A stretch of DNA of 60,871 nt from a virus. The translations under genes were made by a program, and so were the position numbers. Where the stretch lies: positions 1 to 60,871 of IMG/VR virus record IMGVR_UViG_3300020138_000001. One strand, written 5' to 3'. This document shows, piece after piece, positions 9,704 to 19,589 of this stretch. The notes under the pieces are model-generated. The model was not told the DNA's origin, searched no databases, and saw only the letters and a list, made by a program, of their open reading frames with translations. Every line of letters begins with the position of its first letter. Within the stretch, counting starts at the first letter, position 1.

Positions 9704-10491
9704 AGGTCATGGCGCACCCCAAGCGCGAGCGCTTCATTCCCGACCTTGTGCGCCGCCTTGGAATAGCGAACGATGATGTCGTTTGGGATCAGAAAAATGA
9801 CCGTTGGGACACCGGCCGTCGCGCGTGGGAAGCAGTTGATCAGTCGGCGGATTGGGGCATGGTGATTCAGGATGACGCGATCCCATGTGCCGACCTGATT
9901 GAGGGACTGCAACGAGCGCTCGACCACGTGCCCCCGAACGTACTGGTGTCGCCGTACGTCGGCACGAGACGCCCGTCTCGGTCGCGCGTTGATCGGTCGG
10001 TACAGGACGCAGCAGCCGCAGGAGCCGCGTTCATCGTTATGCCGTCATTGAACTGGGGAGTAGCGATCATCGCGCCGACCGGCATCATTGACGGAATGCT
10101 CCCGTGGTGCGATACGCAGCGGTACCCTAACTATGACCGGCGCATTGGAAGGTACGCCATTGATGTGGTGCGCATGGAAACATGGTGCACGTTTCCAAGT
10201 CTCGTGGATCATCGAACGATTCCTTCGCTTGTCGGCCACGGCGACGGCCGGACCGCGCATCACTTCATCGGAGCCGACAACTCCGCACTGTCGGTAAACT
10301 GGTCGTCAGGAACCATCCGCATGAGCACTGCTCGAACGGTAGCCAGATCGATCGGAGGTCGACACCGACCCGGAGCGTACGGCACTCGTGGCTATCAGGC
10401 AGCTCGGAGGCTCCGAGTACCGCGACAAGAACGCATTGACGATGTAGTGCCGGAGCGACCGGAGGGGGCAGGAGAGCATGACAGCGCTTGA
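9685..10491 (+). CDS. GT-A-like glycosyltransferase (paralogue of the 8424..9092 domain)
   Basis: ATG after gagaagg (an alternative GTG lies at 9700). Shares MAHP..R, DW..VIQDDA.PCADL, WGVAI.APT, YD.RIG.Y and PSLV.HR..PSLVGH with the upstream domain. Confidence 0.65.
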   Translation: MATLSVKVMAHPKRERFIPDLVRRLGIANDDVVWDQKNDRWDTGRRAWEAVDQSADWGMVIQDDAIPCADLIEGLQRALDHVPPNVLVSPYVGTRRPSRSRVDRSVQDAAAAGAAFIVMPSLNWGVAIIAPTGIIDGMLPWCDTQRYPNYDRRIGRYAIDVVRMETWCTFPSLVDHRTIPSLVGHGDGRTAHHFIGADNSALSVNWSSGTIRMSTARTVARSIGGRHRPGAYGTRGYQAARRLRVPRQERIDDVVPERPEGAGEHDSA

Positions 10492-11287
10492 TACGGGACC
10501 GTGCGAGCCGTGGCCCACGCTCTGTACCTCCTACCCTGATGACGTCGATCCTGCGCTGATCGAGCAGGCGGAGATGATCGCTACGGAAGTACTTTGGGAG
10601 GGAACGAAACGGCAGTACGGGCTGTGTTCGATGACCCTGCGACCCTGCCGAGAGGATTGCTTTCCTGCGTGGCCTTGGATTCCCGCCACCGGGTGGTTTG
10701 ACGTCGGAGGGCTCTCATGGCCCTTCCCGGCCCCGGCGCTTGTCGGTGGCAAGTGGTTCAACATCGCGTGCGGATCGTGTTCCTCTGGATGCTCATGCTC
10801 TTCGGTCTCGGAGGTGGCGCTTCCGTACCCGGTCGCAAACGTGACGGAAGTGCGGGTGGATGGCGAAGTTCTCGACCCCGCAGCCTACCGAGTGGACGAC
10901 TGGCGTCTGCTCATTCGGCTGGATGGGCTGGACTGGCCGCGCTGCAATGACCTGAATCTCGAAGACACTGAAGAGGGTACCTGGTCGGTTACTGCGCAGT
11001 ACGGGAAGGCTGTTCCCCATCTAGGACAAATGGCAGCGGGACAGCTCGCAACCGAGATCGTGAAGCGGTGCGTGGGCGCGAGCGATTGTCTTTTGCTCGA
11101 AAGCACTGTGCAGCAGATCACTCGACAGGGCGTAACGAAAGTCTTCTTCGACGCCGCTGCCTTCTCCGCCGGTCGAACGGGTCTCTATTGGGCTGACCTT
11201 TTCCTGAACCGCAAGAATCCGTCGAACACGGGAATCGCCACAATCTTCGACATCGACGGCGAACAGGGGCGGCGGGTGAATACCTGA
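10478..11287 (+). CDS. Head-tail connector/adaptor-like structural protein (Cys-rich)
   Basis: 269 aa, called by position between the head and tail modules. The N-terminus CEPWPTLC...DPALIEQAEMIATEVLW resembles actinophage adaptors. Confidence 0.5.
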   Translation: MTALDTGPCEPWPTLCTSYPDDVDPALIEQAEMIATEVLWEGTKRQYGLCSMTLRPCREDCFPAWPWIPATGWFDVGGLSWPFPAPALVGGKWFNIACGSCSSGCSCSSVSEVALPYPVANVTEVRVDGEVLDPAAYRVDDWRLLIRLDGLDWPRCNDLNLEDTEEGTWSVTAQYGKAVPHLGQMAAGQLATEIVKRCVGASDCLLLESTVQQITRQGVTKVFFDAAAFSAGRTGLYWADLFLNRKNPSNTGIATIFDIDGEQGRRVNT

Positions 11288-11853
11288 TGGGTCAGAACAA
11301 CGCTAACCCTTTCGCAGCTTTCGATATCGCAGAGCACATAAAAGATTGTGTTCTTGAGTGGCTGGATATGACCACCAAGGGCGTGCCAGACCGCGCATGC
11401 GTCATCGCCGGAGAATCTGCCGACGACGAGTGCGAGTGCGGACAGCTCACCGTGGCGATGGACAGTAATTATGAGGCAAACGGAACTTCTGTTCCGCGCG
11501 CAGGGAGTGAACGTCCAGGACGGCGCGAGTGCGGACCTCCGTTGTTCGTCGTGAACTTCCTGATCACCATGATGCGATGCGCACCGACTGGCACAAACAC
11601 GAAACCACCGACATGTGATGACCTGGAGACGGCAGCGCGTATCGCTGCTGAAGACGCTTGGGCTGTCCGAGCCGGAGTCATTTGCTGCTTGAGCGATGCG
11701 GTGAAGAACCGACTACCAAACGGTACGAAGCTTTATCGAGACTTCGTCGTAGGCACGCAGACGTGGGTGGGTCCGAGAGGAGCTTGCATGGGCTCGACCC
11801 TGCCTGTGTCCGTAACGATCGATAATGGGTGCTATCCCTGCGAGATGAGCTGA
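11287..11853 (+). CDS. Structural protein (head-tail joining region), unresolved
   Basis: TGATG coupling to the upstream gene; 188 aa. Confidence 0.45.
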   Translation: MGQNNANPFAAFDIAEHIKDCVLEWLDMTTKGVPDRACVIAGESADDECECGQLTVAMDSNYEANGTSVPRAGSERPGRRECGPPLFVVNFLITMMRCAPTGTNTKPPTCDDLETAARIAAEDAWAVRAGVICCLSDAVKNRLPNGTKLYRDFVVGTQTWVGPRGACMGSTLPVSVTIDNGCYPCEMS

Positions 11854-11866
11854 GTGGAGGTGCGCC

Positions 11867-12199
11867 GTGGCACGCGTACGCACCACGCAAACGCTGAACG
11901 TAGGGTACATCCGAACTCGGATAGCTCAACCAGGCGGCCCGATCGATCGTGACCTACAAGCACGAGCACTCATCGTTCAAGCCAACGCCAAGCAACGTCT
12001 TCGGCAGGCACCGCAGCGCATCGATACGGGGAACCTGCTGAATTCGATTCAAATTCGAATCTTCTATCGAAACAACATGCCGGTAGCACGGATCGGCACC
12101 GACGTTGAGTACTCCATATACGTCCACGAAGGCACCGTGTACATGGAAGCGAATCCGTTTCTGCGAGATGCGCTCATTCGAGCGGCACGTCAATTCTAA
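11867..12199 (+). CDS. HK97 gp10-family head-tail joining protein
   Basis: 110 aa with a GTG start after ggagg. NLLNSIQ...IGTDVEYSIYVHEGT matches the gp10-like Y..YVE.GT signature. Confidence 0.6.
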   Translation: MARVRTTQTLNVGYIRTRIAQPGGPIDRDLQARALIVQANAKQRLRQAPQRIDTGNLLNSIQIRIFYRNNMPVARIGTDVEYSIYVHEGTVYMEANPFLRDALIRAARQF

Positions 12200-12220
12200 T
12201 AGTGGTGTTAGTATTCTCGT

Positions 12221-12556
12221 ATGCATTTTACTACGACACCACGCGTCACCACGTTCACGGTCGATGAAGAGGAGTATCAGACGAAGGCCGCGCTTCCGGC
12301 TGAAGTACTGTTCAAGCTGCAAAACGCCTTCCGAGGGATTGCAGCGAAGGACGGCGACCAAGAACGGGCCTTTGAAAAGATCAAATCACTGTACTCGCGC
12401 ATCCTGACCGCTGAATCCTTCGCGCTGTTCGAACCTCGCATCACCGGCGAGTGCGACGACGACGTGACGCCTATCGACGGCATGCTGCTAGTGGAGATCA
12501 CTAAGGCACTTATCTCGGAGATGGGAAAAGGGAGTTCGCCGCAGCCAGCTTCTTGA
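12221..12556 (+). CDS. Tail assembly chaperone (G-like)
   Basis: 111 aa, immediately upstream of the tape measure gene. It contains the slip site GGGAAAA near its 3' end. Confidence 0.75.
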   Translation: MHFTTTPRVTTFTVDEEEYQTKAALPAEVLFKLQNAFRGIAAKDGDQERAFEKIKSLYSRILTAESFALFEPRITGECDDDVTPIDGMLLVEITKALISEMGKGSSPQPAS

Positions 12557-12972
12557 TCGGTTGGGTAGCGCAAGATTCCGTCTGGCCGCTGTTCGACGGC
12601 TGGTGCGTAGAGCACAGCATAGATCCCGGAGAATTGCCCTTCTCTCGGGCATTGAACCTGATTTACCACTTCGCCGTTCGGAACGCCTCTCAGGAGAAGA
12701 AACGGGAGTTCGATGATGCGATGGCGCGTGCTGTGTCCACCTTCAAGATGCAAGAACTAGCCGCTGCCAGCGTAAACGCTCTGAGAAGCACTGAGAAGGC
12801 CAAAAACGAGGACAGGGTACCTGAAGTACCCGATTCAGATATGAGAAAACGTAAGTCTAAGCTCCCACCGCGCCCTGCCGGGTGGGGCGACGACCTTACC
12901 GTAACTAGACAGTCGCTAGCGGTAGCTCAGTCACTTAAAGTAGGTGGGAACGCACAGAAAAACCTGCGGTAG
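12221..12972 (+). CDS. Tail assembly chaperone G-T fusion produced by a -1 frameshift at 12523..12529
   Basis: The downstream ORF (12553..12972) is in the -1 frame and that frame is open back to the slip site. Confidence 0.65.
12523..12529 (+). promoter_or_regulatory. -1 programmed frameshift slippery heptamer G_GGA_AAA
   Basis: Zero-frame codons are atG GGA AAA ggg, and the -1 frame continues into ORF 12553..12972. Confidence 0.65.
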
Positions 12973-13002
12973 TCTATCGGTAACTAGTCACCGGGGGCGA
13001 TC

Positions 13003-15453
13003 ATGTCGGATGCACTCGACGTCGCATATGTCGAGATCGAGCCGGACTTTTCCACGTTCAACCGAAACGTGGAGTCCGGTGTGCGCGATGCCGCGCGTGA
13101 ACTTGACCGCACGCTCACCGGAACACTGAATGATCTTGAAGGCGAATTCCAGGACTTTGCCGACGCCGCACTATCCGAAGTACAAGATGCGCTCGACCGG
13201 ATAGCAGACGCTGGAGAAGATTCGGCGGACGAGATCGACTCCGCATATGGGGATCTCGAAAACGCTATTCGCGATGCATTCGAAGGTGCGCAGCGAAGTG
13301 CTGAATCAGCCTTTGACGATATCCGTCGTGACGCAGATGTCGCGTTCACGGACATTGAGACTGAAGCCGCCGCCGCCGCCGATGAGATGGAACGGAGCTT
13401 TCAGGAAACCGGCGACACCGTTGGCACCTCCGTTCGCGAAGGTGCCGACGAAGGCAGTGGCGGATTCCTTGACCTGGCAAATAGCGCATTCGATGCCGGT
13501 ACCGACATCCGAGGCGCGATGGTCGGCGCAGCAGGCGCAGCAGGTATCGGTGCGATCGTGGTCGCGGTCGGGGCGGCTATCGATGCCTTCATCGATATGG
13601 GTCGCGAGGCTCTTGACCTTGAAGGCGATATCATCCGGATATCGCAGGCCACAGATTCCGGATTCTCGACGGCTGCTGTCGACGAGTTCAGAGAGTCACT
13701 GCTAGGACTGCAATCCGAGTACGGCATTCTTACTGATGACCTCGTGCCAGCGTTGAACACTGCGATTGTCCAGGGTGTACCCGAGGACAATGTGATCTCG
13801 TTCTTGGAGACGGCAGCACAGTCGGCCGTCGTCACCGGGGAGGATTTGACCGACACTGTTAGCGTCATTAACGGGCTCATGGCGCAGTTCGAAGGCGAGT
13901 TTGCCAACGCAGGAGAAGCCGCCGACTTCCTCACAACCACCCTTGGCAATACCAACGCCGAAGTTACGGACATCGGAGACGTTTTCGGAGAAATCTCCGG
14001 TTTCGCTCGTGATGCTGGTGTTGGCGTTGATGAGGTAAGCGCTGCCTTCGCGGCTATGAGCATCACCGGCCGCGATGCCGGAACCTCCGGCGGGCAGCTT
14101 GCTGCACTCATCGAAGAACTTGGCGACTCGACTACTCCCGTCGCAGAGGCGTTCAATGAGCTGACAGGACAGAGCTTCCAGCAGTTCATAGCCGAAGGCG
14201 GCAACCTTCAGCAGGCAGCACAGATCATCGCAGACGGAGCGGCAGACGCGGGTCAATCCGTCGTAGAACTAGCAGGTTCCGCTGAAACGTCGTCGGCCAT
14301 CCTGGCATTGTCCACCGAGGCGGGAGCTGCACGATACGCTGAAGCACTTGCGGACGTCGACCAGGCCAACGGATTCACTGAACAGAGCTTCGGAGAGCTA
14401 GAGGAGTCCGGAGCACTGGCGTTCAGCCAGCTCGAAGGGTCTTTTGCAACGCTTCGAGATGAAGCAGGCGCTGCTGTCGCTCCGATCGTTGCCGAATTCG
14501 TTGAAGGCTTGATTCCGATCCTGGAAGAGCTTTCGCCTATCGTTCAAGCAGTGGGTGAGGTACTGCTCACTGCGTTCAGTGTTGCGATGGAGTTTCTTTC
14601 GCCGCTGGTTGATCTAGTTCTAGGTCTGTTTGAGGCAATTTCCCCCCTACTCGAAGCATTGACCCCGCTCTGGGAGATTTTGTCACTTATCGGCGAAATC
14701 GTCGGTGGTATCCTCGTACCAATTTTCGATGTCCTTTTTGCTATCCTTACGCCTATTTTCGAGCTAATCGGTCTGCTGCTCACCCCTGCGCTTGAGGTCA
14801 TTCGATTGGCCTTCGAAGGCATCGCGCACGTAATCGAGACGTGGGTCTCTCCAGCCATCGAGTGGCTAGCAGACCAGCTAGGTGAATGGCTCGCACCTCT
14901 GATTGAGTGGGTGTCCGAAAAGGTCGACATTGCGAAGATCGCTTTTCAGCTCATGATCAATTGGGTTCGGGATAACTGGGGCTCAATTACCAGCGTCATC
15001 GGCGACAGCGTGTCATCTATTGGTGACTTCTTCTCGGGACTTGTCGAAACTGCGAAGGGCGCTATCAACACCATCATCGGCGCTTGGAACGCCATCGACT
15101 TCGGATTCAGTATTTCAATCCCCGATTGGGTGCCCGAGATCGGTGGAAGCACATTCGGCATCGATGACATCGTGCCCGACATCCCGTACTTGCAGACCGG
15201 CGGATTCACCACGAATGAAGGGTTGGCCGTACTGCACCCGGATGAGATGGTTCTTCCGCTGACGAATTCAAACGGAATCAACGCTCTTGCTGCGGCGCTC
15301 CAAGAAGCCGGAGCAGGCGGGGGCGAAGATGGGCCCATCCAAGTTGTCGTTCAAATCGGCAATGAGACAATTACACGGATGGTCAACACGGAAGTTACGC
15401 GCAATAATAAGACATTGACACGTCGAGCGCGCACAGGAACGGGAAGGATCTGA
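13003..15453 (+). CDS. Tape measure protein
   Basis: 816 aa, Ala/Gly/Glu-rich with a hydrophobic central segment; it lies directly after the G/T chaperones. Confidence 0.85.
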   Translation: MSDALDVAYVEIEPDFSTFNRNVESGVRDAARELDRTLTGTLNDLEGEFQDFADAALSEVQDALDRIADAGEDSADEIDSAYGDLENAIRDAFEGAQRSAESAFDDIRRDADVAFTDIETEAAAAADEMERSFQETGDTVGTSVREGADEGSGGFLDLANSAFDAGTDIRGAMVGAAGAAGIGAIVVAVGAAIDAFIDMGREALDLEGDIIRISQATDSGFSTAAVDEFRESLLGLQSEYGILTDDLVPALNTAIVQGVPEDNVISFLETAAQSAVVTGEDLTDTVSVINGLMAQFEGEFANAGEAADFLTTTLGNTNAEVTDIGDVFGEISGFARDAGVGVDEVSAAFAAMSITGRDAGTSGGQLAALIEELGDSTTPVAEAFNELTGQSFQQFIAEGGNLQQAAQIIADGAADAGQSVVELAGSAETSSAILALSTEAGAARYAEALADVDQANGFTEQSFGELEESGALAFSQLEGSFATLRDEAGAAVAPIVAEFVEGLIPILEELSPIVQAVGEVLLTAFSVAMEFLSPLVDLVLGLFEAISPLLEALTPLWEILSLIGEIVGGILVPIFDVLFAILTPIFELIGLLLTPALEVIRLAFEGIAHVIETWVSPAIEWLADQLGEWLAPLIEWVSEKVDIAKIAFQLMINWVRDNWGSITSVIGDSVSSIGDFFSGLVETAKGAINTIIGAWNAIDFGFSISIPDWVPEIGGSTFGIDDIVPDIPYLQTGGFTTNEGLAVLHPDEMVLPLTNSNGINALAAALQEAGAGGGEDGPIQVVVQIGNETITRMVNTEVTRNNKTLTRRARTGTGRI

Positions 15454-15454
15454 C

Positions 15455-17590
15455 ATGGCATCCATTACTGCGACGTTCCTAGACGACAATCTCGGTCGAG
15501 TGCGTATCGAACTTGTCGACCCCATCCCGCAGGTCTCGTACCAAGTGCAGCGATCCACGGACGGCGGCGAGTCTTGGGAAGCTGTCCGTGGTGCGCAGAA
15601 CATGGGCACGCTATCGGTAACCATCGTTGATGACTACGAGTACATGCCAAATGCCGAGAATATTTATCGGCTGCTCGCGCCCTCCTTCTTTGATTCGTTC
15701 CAGCGGCTCTATCCGGTAGGCGCAGCTCTTGTCACGACGGGTGATCCGACAAGTTATGCGAGTACTCCGGACGCCCCATCGTTGCGGATCGTCGGAGACA
15801 TCACCTTGGAAGCCGACATCATTCCGGACGTCTGGCCTCCCTTGGAAGACGCCACGATCGTTGGGAAATATTCTGATTCGACCGATCAGCGTGCGTACCG
15901 CATGGACATCACGACCACAGGGCAACTTCGCATCACCTGGTCTTCAGACGGCGATAACAGTTTCACCATGCTGTCATCGATCCCTGTTCCAGCAGCGATC
16001 GGACAACGGATCGCTGTTCGAGCGACGCTCGACGTCGACAACGACGATGGCGGTAGGACAGCTCGGTTCTACGTGACAACTCGAATCACGAGCGTGTACT
16101 TCGAGCTGGGAACTCCGCAGACGCAATCGGGTACTACGTCGATCCATGACGGCGACGCTGCTCTCATGGTCGGCTCCCGAGACAGCGCTGCTCCGCGTGC
16201 TCCATTCGCGGGCAAGGTATTCGCGGTCCGCGTTCGTGACGGCATTGGAGTCGGAAGCACGGTCGTCGCTAATCCCGACTTCTACACGCAATCGCCCGGT
16301 ACAACGGCATTCAATGACGGCGTAGGGAACTCTTGGACCGTTGAACCCACGGCATCGATTGATGAGTTCGCTCCGGTGGACGGGTTCGATTGGGGCACGG
16401 CGGACACGGGTCAAGAGTGGTTCCTCGGATCGTCGTCGCCGGGATTCGCACTCTACGTTGAAAACGGCGTCGGCGTCATTGAGGACGATGTTCCTGATGG
16501 TCTTCTCGCTGAACAAATTTCGGACGTCATTCCCGGATCGACCGATTCGGAACTCACCTGGTCGGCAATCTACCCTGATAGTGCACTAGATCAGATCACT
16601 GAATTTAATGTCGGGCTCCGAGCCGATAGCTTCGATACGTTCTACGAGAGCCAATTGATATTCGAGTCGGACAACGGCGGAGGTATCGGAGGACCGAGAG
16701 ACGTTATTATCCGAATTTCGAAAACCATTGCCGGAACGTATACGCCGATCTCCCAAGACATCGTCGTCGGCAAGTGGTCTCCGGGGGTCTCCTGGCACGT
16801 CCGATTCCGCGTGCACGGCTCGACGCTGTCCATGCGGGCATGGCAGCAGGGGTCAGACGAACCGAACGGGTTCCAGGTATCCGTTACCGACACCGATATT
16901 CCTTTCGGCGAAGGTGTGTACGTCCGGGGGTACAAGGAATCCGGGAATCCGGTCGTCATGTGGTTCGGTCCGATGCGCGTCGACAACATCCCGCCCACGG
17001 TCGACGCAATCGTGAGCGTCACTCCGATGCAAGCTGGTGTCATGCTCAAGTCCATGACGTACCCCATGCTGAATCGAGTTCTTGAGTGCGTGGACTGGCA
17101 AGAACTTGAGCGAACGTCTCGAACGGCGTTCTTCGACATCAAAGGTCGACATGAGATTCTGGGCATCGCAGACGTAGGGTCGTCGGCCTCTTTCACGCTG
17201 ACGTTCATCACCTACTCGAAAGCGGAGAATCGTGCTCTCGTAGCGCTGCTCACCTATGGTGGTCTCATGCTGCTGCAACCGCCCGGAGACGACGAAGACA
17301 TAGAGTGTCACACTGCGTACTCAGGCATCCCTGACGGATACGTCATGGTGGGGGATTCGGTACAGTCCCGGACGGTATATGGTAAACCAATGTGGCTGTG
17401 GACCGTGCAGTTCACTCGGGTTGCCCCATCCGATGCTGACGGCATCCTGCCGACCACGATCACATGGGAACAGCTCTGGGACATGATCGGTTCCGATGGA
17501 ACTTGGGAGGATGTCTGGTCTTCCTGGGAAACGTGGCAAGAAATCTGGCTTACCAGTGGTAATCCGCTGTCTTTCGGGGGCATTGCATGA
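15455..17590 (+). CDS. Minor tail protein (distal-tail-like) with a LamG/concanavalin-like insertion
   Basis: 711 aa, first gene after the tape measure. The segment YRMDITTTGQLRITWSSDG...FAGKVFAVRVRDG resembles a LamG jelly-roll. Confidence 0.6.
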   Translation: MASITATFLDDNLGRVRIELVDPIPQVSYQVQRSTDGGESWEAVRGAQNMGTLSVTIVDDYEYMPNAENIYRLLAPSFFDSFQRLYPVGAALVTTGDPTSYASTPDAPSLRIVGDITLEADIIPDVWPPLEDATIVGKYSDSTDQRAYRMDITTTGQLRITWSSDGDNSFTMLSSIPVPAAIGQRIAVRATLDVDNDDGGRTARFYVTTRITSVYFELGTPQTQSGTTSIHDGDAALMVGSRDSAAPRAPFAGKVFAVRVRDGIGVGSTVVANPDFYTQSPGTTAFNDGVGNSWTVEPTASIDEFAPVDGFDWGTADTGQEWFLGSSSPGFALYVENGVGVIEDDVPDGLLAEQISDVIPGSTDSELTWSAIYPDSALDQITEFNVGLRADSFDTFYESQLIFESDNGGGIGGPRDVIIRISKTIAGTYTPISQDIVVGKWSPGVSWHVRFRVHGSTLSMRAWQQGSDEPNGFQVSVTDTDIPFGEGVYVRGYKESGNPVVMWFGPMRVDNIPPTVDAIVSVTPMQAGVMLKSMTYPMLNRVLECVDWQELERTSRTAFFDIKGRHEILGIADVGSSASFTLTFITYSKAENRALVALLTYGGLMLLQPPGDDEDIECHTAYSGIPDGYVMVGDSVQSRTVYGKPMWLWTVQFTRVAPSDADGILPTTITWEQLWDMIGSDGTWEDVWSSWETWQEIWLTSGNPLSFGGIA

Positions 17591-18489
17591 CGGACCGCAC
17601 TACGAGTGATCTCGCAGCACTGCTCACTCCCCCGCCTTCGGCGGGTGTGCAATTTTCACAGGCTCGTGTACTCACATGGAACAGTGAGCTACTGAGCAAC
17701 ACGCTTGAGTGGCGTGGAATCACGCTACGGGATGTGCCAATCGTTGAGGGCATCAACGCACTCGTGATTCAGCCTGGCGACATCGTTGGGCTACTCGGGT
17801 GGGCTCCGGAGAACTCCAAGGGAGTCGGATCGTGGTGGATTCTCGGGAAACTCTCGAATCCAGGGGAGTTCGTTGCGGACATCAACATCACGGCTCAGAT
17901 TTTCTACTTCAGAACCCCCGAAGGCAATCCCCTCGCATTCTTCGGCAGGGAGTCTGACGGAGACCCGTTGTGGATTCTTTACTACGGCGGATCAGACGGA
18001 CAAGCAGCCATCCGAACGGTTAACGGAGACTATGTTTCGATCAGGGATCGAAGCGGCTACGAGGTTTTCGGGACAGACGGCGCGTCCGGATACGGGTTGA
18101 GTCGCCCCTACTTGAATTACCTCATCCACCCAACAACGACGGCATCGCAGAGCGGTGCGACGTATCTTCCCGCAACCACCTCAAGCTCATTCACACCTAT
18201 TTGGAGCGGTGAGAACGCTATTTTCCACCCGCGCATCTCTTACGGCGTCATCGTGATTGCAACGGGTACGTCTGAGTGGCGTCTCCGTGCTAACGACGGA
18301 ACTGGCCTAGTAACGATCGCTTCCGGCTCCGGCGGAGGGGGAGGCACCGTGAACTACCCAGGATGGGGATCGACCACCTTCCCAGGGAATCTACGTCAGA
18401 TTGTGCTTGAAGCTCGGAACACAGGCGGGGGAACCACGCATATCGGCGTTGACCGACTGTACGGGACTCAGAGCTTATGGCTACGGTAG
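17587..18489 (+). CDS. Minor tail protein
   Basis: ATGA overlap with the upstream gene; 300 aa; Gly-rich C-terminus (SGSGGGGG). Confidence 0.6.
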   Translation: MTDRTTSDLAALLTPPPSAGVQFSQARVLTWNSELLSNTLEWRGITLRDVPIVEGINALVIQPGDIVGLLGWAPENSKGVGSWWILGKLSNPGEFVADINITAQIFYFRTPEGNPLAFFGRESDGDPLWILYYGGSDGQAAIRTVNGDYVSIRDRSGYEVFGTDGASGYGLSRPYLNYLIHPTTTASQSGATYLPATTSSSFTPIWSGENAIFHPRISYGVIVIATGTSEWRLRANDGTGLVTIASGSGGGGGTVNYPGWGSTTFPGNLRQIVLEARNTGGGTTHIGVDRLYGTQSLWLR

Positions 18490-19589
18490 CCGACTTCGCT
18501 CCGATCGTCTCGGGATCGCATACAGCACGATTCCTCGCAATTGCGGTCAATGGGTATCAAGATGGTCTTACGCCGACCGGCACCGAATTGAAGATCATTG
18601 ACGGAGAGGTGGAGCTAGACGCTACGGCTGACATCAGAGGTGCCGGGTCATTGACTGTGGCGGAGCGCTGGCCTACAGTCCGAAACCTCTCACTCGGCGT
18701 ATACGGCACCGAAGTCTACCTAGCTCGGGGCGTTGATCTCGGCGGTGGCGGCGTGCTCTGGGCACCGCTGGGCTACTTCCGAATCTCTGAGGTAGAGCAG
18801 GATGAGGCGGCTCGTGGTCCGCTGTCCTTGACGCTCGAAGATCGCATGTCGACCATCATCGATTCGCGTTTCATCACCCCACGCCAATGGATGCAAGGCA
18901 CGCCAGTTGGTGAAGTGGTCGACGAATTGATCTTGGAAATCTACCCGGATGCCACGATCGTATATGACGACGATTCGTACGATGCTCAGCTTGGGCGGTC
19001 GCTGATCTCCGAAGAGTCTCGATATGAAATGCTGCTCACCATTGCAACCGGGCTCGGTAAGATCGTGTATTGGGACGGCGAAGGTCGATTGGTCTTCGAG
19101 ACCATTCCGGATGAATCCGTGCCCGTCTGGCATGTGAACGCTGGACGCGGAGGCGTCATGGTGGAATCTGATCGATCGTTGTCCCGAGAACGCGTGTACA
19201 ACGCCGTTGTTGTCTCAGGGGAAGGGGCGGACGAACTCGCGCCAGTGCACGCCGTTGCCTACGACGCGCAGGAGTCGAGCCCGACGTTCTTCGGTGGTCC
19301 GTTTGGCCGTGTTCCACGATTCTATTCGTCTCCGTTCATCACGACGCCGCTGCAAGCTCGGAACGCCGCTGTAAACCTGCTGAAACAATCGCTAGGCGCT
19401 CCGTACGACGTCGGCCTCTCTGCCGTACCTAATCCGGCATTGCAGCCGTATCACGTCATCAGGGTGACCTACAATGACGGATCAAGAGAGCTGCACGTTG
19501 TCGAAAAGGTATCCATTCCGATGACTGTCGACAGCGCTATGAGCGTGTCCACTCGGCAATCAACGCTCGTGCATGTGGGAGTGATCTAA
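18477..19589 (+). CDS. Minor tail protein (baseplate/hub-like)
   Basis: 370 aa, translationally coupled within the tail operon. Confidence 0.55.
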   Translation: MATVADFAPIVSGSHTARFLAIAVNGYQDGLTPTGTELKIIDGEVELDATADIRGAGSLTVAERWPTVRNLSLGVYGTEVYLARGVDLGGGGVLWAPLGYFRISEVEQDEAARGPLSLTLEDRMSTIIDSRFITPRQWMQGTPVGEVVDELILEIYPDATIVYDDDSYDAQLGRSLISEESRYEMLLTIATGLGKIVYWDGEGRLVFETIPDESVPVWHVNAGRGGVMVESDRSLSRERVYNAVVVSGEGADELAPVHAVAYDAQESSPTFFGGPFGRVPRFYSSPFITTPLQARNAAVNLLKQSLGAPYDVGLSAVPNPALQPYHVIRVTYNDGSRELHVVEKVSIPMTVDSAMSVSTRQSTLVHVGVI

